Below, piece after piece: positions 36,601 through 48,972 of a stretch of DNA of 64,000 bases. Each line of letters opens with the position of its first letter. Positions within the stretch are counted from its first letter, which is position 1. This stretch comes from Chlorokybus atmophyticus (lineage: Eukaryota > Plantae > Mesostigma and Chlorokybus algae): contig RHPI01002262.1 in NCBI GenBank assembly GCA_009103225.1, positions 785,213 to 849,212 of the forward strand, written 5' to 3'. Both the position numbers and the translations under genes were made by a program. The notes below the pieces were generated by a model that was not told where the DNA came from, searched no databases, and saw only the letters and a program-made list of their open reading frames with translations.

Positions 36601-39238
36601 TCAGCCGTGGTGCCTGTGGGGGATACACACAATATGTAGTTTGCTGTTGTGTTTTGGCATTGTTATGTTGTTGGTTGATGTCGCGCGCGCGCACACGCAC
36701 GCATGCACACGTACACACATATACACGAGCGTGCAAGCGCACATACACAAGTGTATAAGTATACATGTGTGCATGTGCAAACACACGTGTGCCCTTGCAC
36801 GCGTGTGGGCGCATGTGCGCAAGCAAGGTGTAGATACGCGTGCGTGTGCAGGCGCGCGCACGCACGCATGTACACGCGCACGCTCGCACACACACACTGA
36901 CTCCTCTACCCTCCCCTACCCGCATTGTATATGGCGTTCTCCAGGTTCCCCGTCTTGAAGTGCGACTCGCGTCCCTTCATCCGCGCGATGATCGACACCG
37001 CGGGGAGCTTGCCCGAATCGTCCACGTAGGTCACGATCAGGACGCCGCCGGGAGCAGCATGCCTCCTGTTGGGTTAGTAAACATGTTGGTCATGTGGGTT
37101 ATGTGTAAGCTTGTGTTTGTGGTTGTGGGTGGGTGGGTGTGGCTTGCCTGGGGAGCATGTGGCCGGGGACTTTCATACGGTAGCTCTTACAACCCTTCAT
37201 CAGACCGGAGACCTGTGTGAGTTTGCGGGGGGTTAGGACATGATGTTGACAATGACGGTGGTGGTGGTGGTGGTGGTGGTGGTGGTGGTGGTGGTGGTGA
37301 TGATGATGTTGCCACTTAAAAACAACAACTGAGATATGCAGATGTTTACCATTTCTTCCATCTCTTGCCCAAGAGTGGACACGCTGTATCTCCCGTCTTT
37401 CCTCTTGCCAAGATACCCATCATCCAGAATCTGCGCACACGCACACGCACACAAGTGAGGCACAATGCAGACGTGATAGTAAAGACCAAAACACAGTCGT
37501 TCGAACGATGATCCCTGTGCACAGGACAGGTTTGCATGTGTTACCTTCACTCTCAGCTTGCTCGCAGGGTAATCGAGCGCGAGACACTTCTGCAAAGGCC
37601 CCTTCACCTGCATATGCAAAGCCAAATGGCTCCAGTCTCCTGGTTGCATCACTCAAGCACCTTGAGGTAATCTGTGCGTGTGTGCACGCATGTGCGTGTG
37701 CGTGCGTGTGTGCAGGCGTGTGTGTGTGTGCAGGCGTGTGTGCACACACCGCCACCCCCACCCACACGCACGTACACACGCATGCACACGCACATGCGTG
37801 CACACTCATACGCACATGCACATGTGTACGCACGTGCGATTGCACACCTGTGCGTGCATGAGTGCACATAAGCACATGCCCATGCACATGTATGCGTGCG
37901 TGTGCACCCACCCACCCACAGGCACACGCGCACGCACACGCCCCGCNNNCCTCCCCCTCACCACATCGACCGGTTCCAGATAATGGCATATCATCATGTC
38001 CACGACCGGCCACCCCCGTTCATCAAACCGCGGCCTCAGCGACCGCAGCGTCCGGAACTCCCGCCGCGTCGACCCCCAGAAGTTGAAGAAGAAGAAGATG
38101 TTGAGGAGGAAGGAGAGGAGCTCGGAGAGGAGGAAGAGGGTCGAGACGAACGCGTTGTCGTAGGCCTGGAGGGAACAAGTTGTCTGTCAAGTGGGTGGGA
38201 GTGATGGTGATGGTGTATGTGTGCGTGTGCGTGTGTGTATGTGTCTGCGTGTGCGTGTGGGTGCGTGCGCACGCATGCGCCAACACACTCGCTCGCGCGT
38301 GCGCATGCAGGCATGCATGCATGTGTGTGTTGAGACGTACTTGTATCAGGGCCCAGAAGTAGAAGGGACTCAGCAACATGAATATTATGTAACAGGGACG
38401 GAAGAGGTACCTGGCATGTACACAGCGAACGCATTGAGAATAGGGACCACTCTCTCATGCATGTTTTACGCACTCACACACGTACGCATGCGCACACACA
38501 CACGTGTGCACGCGCGCGTGCACACATACATGCTTGCCTAATGATCATAGGAGTGGTGTACTTGGAGGCCGCTTCACGCATGGGCTCGTCTTCAGGCACG
38601 TCTTTGTGTTTGGCCCATCGGCCTCTCAGCCCAATCTGCGGTCGCTGCCACCACCGTGGGCTTTTCATCGACGGTGAATGAGCCGGTATGTTGCTGCTGC
38701 CGTTGTTGATGCTGTTGTTGTCCTTTGGTAACACTCTCCCGTTGCTCACTTTTGGCATTTGCGTCTTGGTCGCAGGCAGCGTGGGCGTGTTGTTGGGACT
38801 CTTCAAGTCCACATGCACGCTGTTGTGATCAACTGTTGGGAACATTGAGAGTGAAGGGTTGGCTCGGACTGAAGTCACATGCTTAACCGGTTCTGGCGAT
38901 TCCGATAGGGAGGACAACTCTGAATCCGGATCTACATGTGGATCTGGTTCTGGTTCTGCATCCGGGTCAGGTAGATCCGGATCGATGTTGCTCTCGGGTG
39001 GAATGAGCAGGAGCAAGCGAGAAGCTGGCGACAAGGGTCCAAGAGTTTGAACCGGTTCAGCTGATGCGGCTCCATTTGAGGTTGAGATTGGGACGGGTTC
39101 AACGGGTTTGGCTGATCTGGATCTGATGGATGAACCCCTCTCCTCACCCTCTTTGAACCCAACATGTTGGCCTGAAGCACGCCCGAGCGGAGATGCGCGG
39201 AGAGTGCGTGGGGAGCGCGAAGAGGTAGAAGGCAACAT
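30662..39238 (-). CDS. Cellulose-synthase-like GT2 processive glycosyltransferase fused to a C-terminal GH8 (Rex-like) domain; about 25 exons
   Basis: GT2: [24 protein letters not shown]...[45 protein letters not shown], plus several TM helices. GH8: [88 protein letters not shown]. Intron phases are compatible across the junction and across the N-gap. Confidence 0.9.
34475..34551. other. Assembly gap (N run) inside an intron of the GT2-GH8 gene
   Basis: N bases. The flanking exons (…VLYQ| and |SFRFIG…) are both phase 0, so no coding exon is obviously missing. Confidence 0.95.
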
Positions 39239-39903
39239 TGTGGTTGAACAACTTTAGAATGCTTGTCACAAAGGGTGCATCTGCATAGAGCCACAGCACA
39301 CGCAATGGCCAAGACATCAGAGATGAATTTCCTGCGACTCAGTGCCTTCTTGTTCAAGAAGGCACTGGGGTTGGCAGCCTTGCACACATAGTCTGCTGAT
39401 TTTATTCACAGTGGTTATGTGTCAGGTTGACAAAAAGCACCACTCCTACACCACTCCAGCACTCTGCGCTGCATGACTTTACCGCAGGTGTGCCTGCTGT
39501 TGGCGAGCTTTGCTTGCACAGTTCCTTCCGACAAACGACTGGAAATTCTGCACTGTGCAGTCGTTCATGCCTGCTGAAACCTCTAGCACAATCCATCATC
39601 AGGCTGCATGCTGTCTTGAATCAATCTGTCCACATGGTGTGCAGGTGTGTATGTGTTGCGCGCGTGCGTGTTACACAGTGAATACCCTGTTACCACCAGG
39701 CATGTGTTACACGCGGCGGTGAATGACTGTTGTTATCTGACAGTGCAATGTGTCACTACACGCTGAGAAAGAAAACACAAAAAGGAAACACAGTTTGTGT
39801 CTCTCTACGCTTTCTCGTGCACATCGCCTATCACGTATAAGTAAACTTGTTGCATTGGTGTCATTTCATTAACCAAAGAGTCTTAAGTTACGCTTGTTTG
39901 TCG
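34552..39903 (+). repeat. 219-bp identical direct repeat, copies 34552-34770 and 39685-39903
   Basis: ccctgttaccaccagg...cgcttgtttgtcg is identical at both sites. The first copy starts immediately after the N-gap. Confidence 0.9.
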
Positions 39904-40493
39904 TTGCATCAACCAAGCTGTGGTGACTCACTTCAGGTTAAGGAGGGTCACATTCAGAGTGCAACTCACTGTGTAACGTCACTGCAACGCCACCTTCATA
40001 TGCTGAGCCCAAGACGTCATCCTCCCAAGCTGTTGCAGCCTCCTTCCCCCTCCTCCTCCTCCTCTTCCTCAGCCGCCGCCGCCGCCGCCGCCACTTGCAA
40101 TGCCACGTGACGTGCCGGTACTGCATACCACCTGAGGGAGTGGTTAAAGCCGATGACGTTCAACTGACGCAATGCAATCAGCTCTCACGTGACGTACACG
40201 TCGTACACATCGTACCACCACGCTGACTACGCAGACTGTCGGCGCAGTACTACAACTAGCATGGACTGATGTTTTGTCGATGCATAGCGAAATGATAGCG
40301 CGCACGCATTGTGGCGCGGCATACGGGGAGGTTTTACGTGCTGGCCATAACCTAGGCAAACCCTAACCCCTAGTGGGCGGAGGTGTCGTTGCGGGTGTCG
40401 GTGGTGTGGGGGGGGCGGGGGCGGGGGCGGGGTGTTGTCGTTGGCGGATTGGCTGCGAGTGTTGGAGAAGGCGTTGCCGCTGGTGCTGCCGCT

Positions 40494-41181
40494 ATGGTGA
40501 CCTGGATGGAGGCCGCCCCTATGGGCAGGTTCATGGCCAAGCAGGCCAAGGAGATGTGGCCGTTCGTGTTCGGCTTCGCCGTCACATCCACACTGTTTGC
40601 CAGATTGGGAATGAGCATCACAGGTGTGTGCGTGCGCTGTGTGTTTTGCATTTCTCTTTATTTACATGGATTTGTAGTTGAGTGCTCGTTTGTTTGATTC
40701 TGTGTTTGTGTTTGTATTCGCATGTGTCACTGTGTTTGTGTGTCTATCTTTGGCTGTTCGTTTTCGTGTTGTTTTAATCCGTTTTTGTCTGCTTCTGTAT
40801 TTGTGTTCATGTTTGTGTATGTTTGTGTTTGTCGCCCCTGTTTGTCTTGTGTGCAAAAGCTAGAAGGGTCTAGTGTCCCTGCATCCAGCGCAATGCTAAT
40901 CTGCAGCTAGATAGCGGGAATGCAGTATGCTTGTACGTTGTGTGCATTTCCGTGGGCAAGACATGGAACTTGTTCGCTTGTAGAGAACACATAGATGGAC
41001 GTTGTCTCATCACCACCATGATCTCATAGAGTAGTACTCCATTAGCACGACAGTTTATACATGTTTTGCTTGCTTGCTATCGTAAGCTGTCTTTGGTCAT
41101 GTGACGGGTGATGAGGTGATCTTCTGCACTGCAGATGAGCAAGTGAAGGCCTCCAAGTCGTTTGGTGGCAACAAGCATTGA
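40494..41181 (+). CDS. Mitochondrial ATP synthase 6 kDa (plant-type) subunit, 2 exons
   Basis: MVTWMEAAPMGRFMAKQAKEMWPFVFGFAVTSTLFARLGMSIT/DEQVKASKSFGGNKH matches the plant pattern WPFLxGFAVTGxLIxKLxxGLTEEDAKNSKF. Exons 40494-40623 and 41135-41181. Confidence 0.8.
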
Positions 41182-42299
41182 TGATATGCTACTTAGCATG
41201 GCTTTCATATGAATGGAGAAACATCACGATGATGATATACGTGTAAGTAAGGAGTGCTTGCAGACGTCGCCTCCAAACCCAACACATTGCATGCTTTAGG
41301 CTGGGCGCATCTGCCTGCTGCTGGCCATATATACATTGATGCAGTGGCTTTATACATGACAGGATGCTATTGACTGGGTGCTGTAATCCTTAATCACTGC
41401 CTGCGGGAGGCTGCGGTGTCATGGGTTCCTTTGGTTGATTGATCTTGTTACCATTGCATTGGATCGTGGCTGTAAAGTACGTCGTGATTCACGCAATGGC
41501 ATGTATTGGCCACGTGCAGTAACGCACATTACTCACTGACCCAAACACATGGATGTTGGCAATGCCAACATCTCGGAACATAGGCAGATTACATCACAAG
41601 GCAATGCTAATGCAATGCTGTGAGGGTGCTGTAGCACACATGCACGCGAGCACAACCGCGCTTTGCAGGTAATGACGGTTTGCATGCTTTGATACAGAAC
41701 ATTGGTTAGCGGGTAGTGTGGCTAGTGGTAGTGCTGGCAGTGAGCTGAGGTAGCTGGCAGGCTAGCCCAGTGGTCGTGTGTATGAGTTGAAGGTGATGCT
41801 GGCATGCATTGCTGCTCCTTGCATGTGGGTGAGGGCTTTCTTGCATGTGCGCAATGCTCGTTCCATCTATTGTGCGAATTAATAGCACAGTGCAGCTGGT
41901 TTGTAGAGCTTGATGAGCTGAAATGGTAGTTGTTGTCATTTTCAACATACGCTTGCTGAGGAGACTCGTGTCAGTCAGCGCACATAGCGCGGTCGAGTTG
42001 CCAACGCAACATCCCAACTCACGAGAATGGTTGTTCGAATGCTTTGGTGATAGCGAGCCCAGATCTGAATAAAGCAACCTGACAGAAGGAGTCAATAACA
42101 GTAACAGGGCATTCAGCTCGCCACCGATAACATTACCACTACAGTAGTGATGTAGTAACTATTATTACCAAATCGCAGGAACAAAACTGATACAATCATT
42201 TCTAGCTGAGGTTCAACACTACGCCACTAAGCGGGAGAAAAAAACCAAACAAACCAGTTGCAAAATCTGGTCTGAAAGGCTGCAACTGTGTTACGCCGC

Positions 42300-43705
42300 T
42301 CACTGCAAGGAGAGGTCGCCAGCAGGGGTCTCACCAGACCTCAGCTTGGTCCAGAACTTGTTGGTCTCCTGGATGACCTTGAGGGTGTAGGCCTTATCCT
42401 GGGGCTTGTCATTGAGGCCAAACTTGTTCTGAGGCTTGCCATCGGGAGTCTTGTAGTCCCTGAACCACACGCGGATTGCCTCCAGCGTGCCCGGAAAGTG
42501 CTTCTCTACGTCGTCCACATCATTGACCAGCTGGGCCTTGGGGTCATTGACATCGATGGCAACAACCTGTCCAGTCACACAAGCACAAGCACTGTCAGCG
42601 TGCATGTGGATGCTATACACATGCGCATTTACGTGCGCGTATGCATGCCCACATGCACGCACGCACGCAACACAGCACAACACACATGCCTGGTAAGTAC
42701 ATGGTAGAGACAGACCAGCACACTAGCAAGCATAGCTTCCAGTGTTGTGGTGCATTGTGTGGTATGGTGTTGTGTGCACGCATTAGTGGAGCTGCACATA
42801 CCTTCCAGTCAAGCTCGCCCTCGTCAATCATAGCATAGACGGCTAGTGGCTTCACGCGCAGCACTTCGCCCATCTTGGCTTGGCGTTCGCCGATTTCAAC
42901 AACATCCACGGGGTCATTGTCGCCAGTGGGATTGCCCTCCACGTCCGAGGCGGCATGGGTGGGGTCCTCCCACGTCTGAGGCAGCAGGCCGTAGTTCCAG
43001 TTGATGGCGTAAGGGTAGAAGCGCAGCTTGCCCTTCTTCACATCCTGCTTGATGGGCGTGCGCTCCTCCTCTGTTGCCACCTCCATCTTCGCAGCAGTGT
43101 CCTGCACATTCACAATTCCACACACGTCACGCACACACATGCTCATGGTCCAACATGCTCAGTAACCAAGGCACGGACTGCGTGCACACAATGCTGGCAT
43201 TGCATTGCCAATGCACGCGCGCATTGAATGGACAACAACACGCTATTACTGAGCAACGCAGCAATGCAACATGCACCGCGACTGCAACGATGCGAGGGCA
43301 GCACATGATGAGCATGCATCATGGTTAGGGTTTCGGCACTGAGTTTGTCACTGGACTAAGTTTCTCTGCACTGACCTTAGGGATCTCCACGACGAAGTTG
43401 AAGAGGCCGTCACCGGCCTCAAGGGGGATGTCGTGCCATGGGCTGACGGCCTGGCCGCCCTCCTTGAAGAACAGCCTGTACTCGAGTGTGTTCTCCTCGC
43501 CCTTCTTTTCAAGATCCCACGTCACCTGAGCGCTGCTGCTGGCCGCCTGGCACCTCACAGCACCTAACCTGGCGGGCCGCCTCGCAGCCGCACGCAGCGC
43601 CACGGGCCTCAGCGCCGCAGCCGGCCTGCTGGCACTGCCTCTGCATAGCAATGCTGGCTGTGCGGCCGTCGACACAGCCGCCCTCATCGCCGCCGCCGCC
43701 GCCAT
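42300..43705 (-). CDS. ppa: Plastid soluble inorganic pyrophosphatase (family I, eukaryote-like; PPA6/sPPase1 type)
   Basis: Transit peptide; [70 protein letters not shown]. Confidence 0.96.
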
Positions 43706-43949
43706 CCTCACCACCAAGCTAGACAGCAACAATGCCCAGCAGGCAGCCAACCTGGCCCATAAGCTCAGATCCGGATTATATCTTCCCCACTTAGATACCG
43801 GATCAAAATACTCTGACCTCTCGAACCAGCCTCGTCAACCCCGTTATTTTCGGGCTTGTCTCGAAGCTTCAATGGATCGGGATCGAGCATGCATTGGGCG
43901 CACTTCGGCGCTGCGGCGGACAGAAGTGGTGTTGTTGGTGGCGGCGGCG
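43706..43949. promoter_or_regulatory. Compact bidirectional promoter between ppa and CPN10
   Basis: Start codons are 244 bp apart head-to-head. Site-II-like GGCCCA at about 43754, a gatccgg/ccggatc inverted pair, and a telo-box in intron 1 of each gene (43325 and 44127). Confidence 0.6.
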
Positions 43950-45263
43950 ATGGCGGCGGCGGCGGCGGGGTTCAAGAGGCTGGTGCCGCTGCTGGACAGG
44001 GTGCTGATTGAAAAAGTACTGCCGCAGGCCAAGTCCGCCGGCGGAGTGCTGCTTCCGGAGACCGCCGCAAGCAAGCTCAACCACGGCCAGGTAGAAAGTG
44101 GTGGCTGGTGAAAGGGGCATTCTGTTTTAGGGTTTGCTCTGGTCTTTCTTGCGAGCAGCAAATTGTTGTACACATGGGCTGGTGTGTGCCAAAGGAGCGT
44201 GCGATGTGCATGCATGGTCGTCGTTGGCCATGCATGCACAAGCAATCCAACGTAACGACCGTTAATTATTGGGGAAAGCGTGTCTGACCATTTGCCATTT
44301 GAGCATCATGCATTAGCTGCGCTATTTGTAGCGCGAAGACTCTTACTGTCGTCAACTGCATGCACGCTTTCGTTGTCACTTGCAGTAAGATGTCCACGCA
44401 TGAACTCCCCATTGCTGGCGCATGTTGCCTAAGGTGTTGCTTGCGCCTGTTTGGATGACAGATTCATCATCAACGCCTTAGATTACAAATCGGTATGACA
44501 TCAGAGGTGATGCTTGCTGTAGGCGCAGGTTTCCAAACTTTCTTTACCTATGTAAGCTCCCACATTCAAGCTGTCGTATTCTATACTCATGTTATGCTTC
44601 AAGTGCACGAATGCCGTCCACCAATTCTTTTATTGGCATTCATGCACTGCTGTTACAGCTTCATCCTGTCGCTTGCATTTTCTTGTTGGTATGCAACACT
44701 TGGTGTGCGAGTGCATGACTTGTTATACCATATAACGAAGAACCCCAAGTGGCAGTGCTGTTTGCATTGGTGGTGTACCATATTCAACAGCTCAGCTTGA
44801 TTGTTTGCATGTCCGTCAAATCATCAGCTGAAGCGGTATATGCGTTCAGGTTGTGGCAGTTGGCACTGGAGCCCGGACGCGAGATGGCAACACAGTCCCC
44901 GTTGCAGTCAAGGTGGGTCGCAAGATTTCACAATCATTGTACTGTACCACTGCACACTCACGAGCAAATTAGCTCTCAACGCAAGTGTTTATTTTTGTAC
45001 GGTGGAGTTACATCATGTGATAAGCAGTTGCACACATAGACATAATACACGCAGAACTACTTAAAGCATTGGCAAAGTGCATGTCGAGGGTTGTGGTTTT
45101 CGTGTCGGTACCAACTTGTGACATTATGTAATGATGTACTGTCAACCAGGTTGGAGACACGGTGTTGCTGCCAGAGTTTGGAGGCACCAATGTAAAGCTG
45201 GGTGAAAAGGATTACGTAATCTTTCGTGACGATGACATCCTTGGTGTGCTGCAAAAAGAATGA
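43950..45263 (+). CDS. CPN10: 10 kDa chaperonin (GroES/Cpn10), probably mitochondrial; 3 exons
   Basis: FKRLVPLLDRVLIEK...SAGGVLLPE / VVAVGTGARTRDGNTVPVAVK / VGDTVLLPEFGGTNVKLGEKDYVIFRDDDILGVL. Confidence 0.95.
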
Positions 45264-46031
45264 CAACCGCATCGCATAGCGCTAGATTATGAGCTTAGAA
45301 CACGCAATGGCCCCTACGCCCTAGCTTGCCACTCACGGAAAGCAAAAGCTGCCATTTGCTTTTCAATTTTGGTGAATAATGCGTCTTGTACCCAGCAGAA
45401 CCATGTGTGTGGGTGCTGATCATGCAGTCTGTACGGCATGATGGGCGCGTGCATCCCTGTGTACGGGGTGTTGTATCATCCTGTGTACACAGACCTCTAA
45501 GGCTGTAGCCTGTATGGAGTGCATTGCACACATTGCGCATGTCAGGCCAGTTGACCACATGCACACATGAACTCTGTACAACTGTTCCTTCAAGGGAATC
45601 AATATCTACCTAACGATTTGTGTACTGCGCACTACTTAACAACTGGTGGATAATGCGCACATGCTGCGCGCGGCAGGATGCACTGTGCCTTGGATACTGC
45701 CTTGCAAACGCCTCACATGTTGTTGAGTGGCCCAGCACACTGCTACTCTTTGCTTTGCTACCTAAAACTGATTTGCCACTTGCCTACATCGCCTGCCTTA
45801 CCCACCCCCCACCCACCTTCATGCCACTACTTGCACTGATGCTTGTCGTATATGTGGTGCAGTTAGGCTTGCTGTTTAGTCAATCGTACTCTTATCGTTG
45901 CCTATGCTGGTAATCAACAACACTTTGATGCACGAAATAAGCCAGGTAGAGAGGCAAGCATTTCATAACAGCAGACATGCAATGAAACCTCAATTGGACA
46001 ATTGCCAGCGCTATTTTTCAAAACTGCACAC

Positions 46032-48334
46032 CTATTCCTCACTAATAGCCAAAGCGGGAGCAGCTTCAACATCCACATTACCCATTCCCTCTTCCTCCTC
46101 CTGCAACAGGCCAACAACAAACGTGAGTACACCTCTGCAGTAGAGCAGCATACAAGTGCTAACATCATGGTGCTCACCTCGCTATCGAGATCTCCATCAA
46201 CCTCCCTGTTGGCAAGATCAAGCTTCTCCAACTTCTCCGCAAGTAACCTGTCATCTCTCTCACTTACCTGCAGGTGTAGCAGTTAAACAGTCAGCACAAC
46301 ATGGTACACAACAATGCAAAATGGCAACGCACTGTTCATGGCAAAATACATACCGCGCGCGGCGCATCCTTTACAAGTAGCTTTCCTTTATGCTTTTCAA
46401 TTACCACCTTGATGGCCTCAATGGCTTCATTCAGCACAGTTATGCCAACATCCTGCAAAAACCGCCTTGTTGGGACCAAAGATAAGCACAGTCACACAGC
46501 ACAGTCGGCAAGCACATGCCCTGTATTGCAAGGCAGACAGTAATGAGGTGCAAAGCATAGTGAAATAAGCACCTTATCGAGGGTGTTAGTGGTCAACACG
46601 TACAACGGTGGAGCAACCAGCTTGATTTTGACATTGCACTCCTCAGTGCCGACCTGTTCTCCTGCTGCCATAGCCGACTGCACACAGAGTCAGCATCAGT
46701 TATACTGCCTGATGCAGTTACGTACCTCTTACAACATTGACACCGCAACACTCACTGTTCCCGCAAAGCTGGTACATAAGCCCAAGTCACACACCTTGAT
46801 ATGCAAAACACCATCATAATGGAAGCAAGTGAGCTCGATCTCGGCTCGGATCTTGAGCGGTTGCGGTGTCATGCGTCTCCGGATGTTCAACACGATGGCA
46901 TCCTTGACCGGCGTTGTCAACGCTGGCTCCTCTTTGGTCACCTGTCAAACATTTCTGAGGATGGTACGATCAAATGCTGGTGCTTGCATGCGCGAGCGCA
47001 TGTAACAGCCGTAAGAGCTACTTTACATATACACCACCTCGACAACTTGCAAATTCAATTTACCTTCTCACCAGCTTCATTTGTTTCCTCAACTGGTTTG
47101 GTGAGCTGATCGAGCACTGCGTCTGGATCTGTGACAATCACTTTGAACGCCTGCCGTGCAAAGCATCAAGGGCGTCAACACTCATCTAGACAGACGTAAG
47201 CATGTAAACAGCAAACAGGGCAGCAGCCACGCATCAGAAAATACCTCAAAGGCGTGTCCATACTTCTTGTAGAGCGGCCAGCCTACATGTAGGTACAAGT
47301 CCTGTTCACAACAACCACAGCATGAGCACGCTCGTGATTAATGCCCGACCCTCATGCACATGATAGGCTTGGAACATTACTACACACCTCAAGATCCTGG
47401 TCGAGTGTCTCTGCAACATGCCGCATGATTGAATGCACCATCTTGGACTTGTTGTAGCGCTCTTCGCACTGCTGGATATCCTCTGGAGATACGCGACGCT
47501 TGGACAAGTCAATGTAACCCTTCTCTTTGTCCACACGAAGCACCATCACCGGCTCTTGCCTGCCGACCTGTAGTAGATATGACACACAATATGACAGTCA
47601 ACCACCGTCTTAATGCAGCAGACACGCAGCATGCTGCTACATGCAGCACTACACCTTACCTTGATGAGCTTGGATATGGATCGAATTCGTCGACGGGACA
47701 ACTCACTGAGCAGGATCATGCCCTCAATGTTGTTGTACTCTAGAAGCGACACGTATGCACCCATCTCTGCAATGCTCTTCACCTGCACATGTACGCTAAT
47801 ATCGTTGGCGAGTTATACAAACCTTCAGCTGCAAGTCGTACAACTACTAATCTGCTCAGTCATATAGCAGAGTAGCAAACGACGCAGAGATGGCCTGTAC
47901 GGAGCTGTACACTGCACAGCCAAGCAGCATACTAGGGATTATGTCAAACAAGAGCAGTGCAGTGCAAAGCAACAATCGAAAGGAGACTGCCTTGGACGAT
48001 TGCTAGGAGCTCAAGCGATGCTGTGCTTTACGCAGGCACATGCTCACATCCCAATCAAGGTTTGTACAGTTAAAGCTGCATAGCCAACCTCGGCAACAGC
48101 ACCACACGAATGCCACATGCAAAATAACAGCAGGACATTACTGCGTTGGGTGTGTTAAGGCCGACTAAATTGAGCACAAGAGAAGTGACGACTGAAAAGA
48201 AAACACACCAGAACCTGAGCCCAATCAGCCAAATTACATGCTGTCGTAGATTGGGAAAGTACACTGACCTGGACCATGACGACCTCGTCAACGTCCGGAA
48301 ACCGCTTCTCGTACATGCGCGTATCGGTCGGCAT
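46032..48334 (-). CDS. EIF2S1: Translation initiation factor eIF2 alpha subunit
   Basis: [22 protein letters not shown]; [16 protein letters not shown] (Ser51 site); [17 protein letters not shown]; [21 protein letters not shown]; KLVAPPLYV. Confidence 0.97.
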
Positions 48335-48972
48335 GGCTGCTGACCACTCACTCCCGCTCACCACCAAGAAGCTAGCACCACTCGCCCACAAGGCTTGCCC
48401 TGTTAACACCGCCACCAACCAAGATAATGCGGCTTCTGCAAGCTGCCCAACCGCACTGCCCTGTAGCTGCGACACTGACGCCGACAACAACAACAACGAC
48501 CACGACCACGACGAGGACGCCGGCAGCGACGACGGCGGCGGCAGTGGCGAGTTTTAGGGTTTACCTCAGCGTTAAGTTCTGTTAACGTATGAAGCGCGCA
48601 CATTTAGACATAAACGGAGTGTCCTCAGTGTCTTAACGAAGGTGCTTTGGCTTCAACCGCCTTAATACAGTACAAGATGCATTAAGCGCGGTAAAGCCGA
48701 GCTAAACCGCGCTGCGATGCAGGTAGCATTAAGAAACTGAACGCTTGCGCACAGTGGCGGTGGTGTTGCTGGCGAGGTTGTTGGCGGCATCGTTGGCATC
48801 GTGTCTATCGGCTGGGGCTAGTTGAGTTGTGACAGTTCAAACTCAAATGTGGTAGGTTAGCTACCATGACTTGGTATCAAGCTGTTTAGAGCTCAAGCAT
48901 GGCGCCTGCCTTCGTAGCAATGTCAAGCCCGCTTCATGCGGTCAACTCCACAACGGTGATGGTGGATTCTTA

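Noticed and set aside
30926-38541. Many ORFs rich in C/V/A/R or H/T/A/R (e.g. 33066-33483, 33768-34264, 37649-38003)
   Set aside because: They are translations of intronic CA/TG/CACG microsatellite tracts, which lack stop codons.
44503-44535. EVMLAVGAG as a possible mutually exclusive CPN10 exon
   Set aside because: It is short, has no good acceptor or matching exon length, and the true exon at about 44850 already completes the protein.
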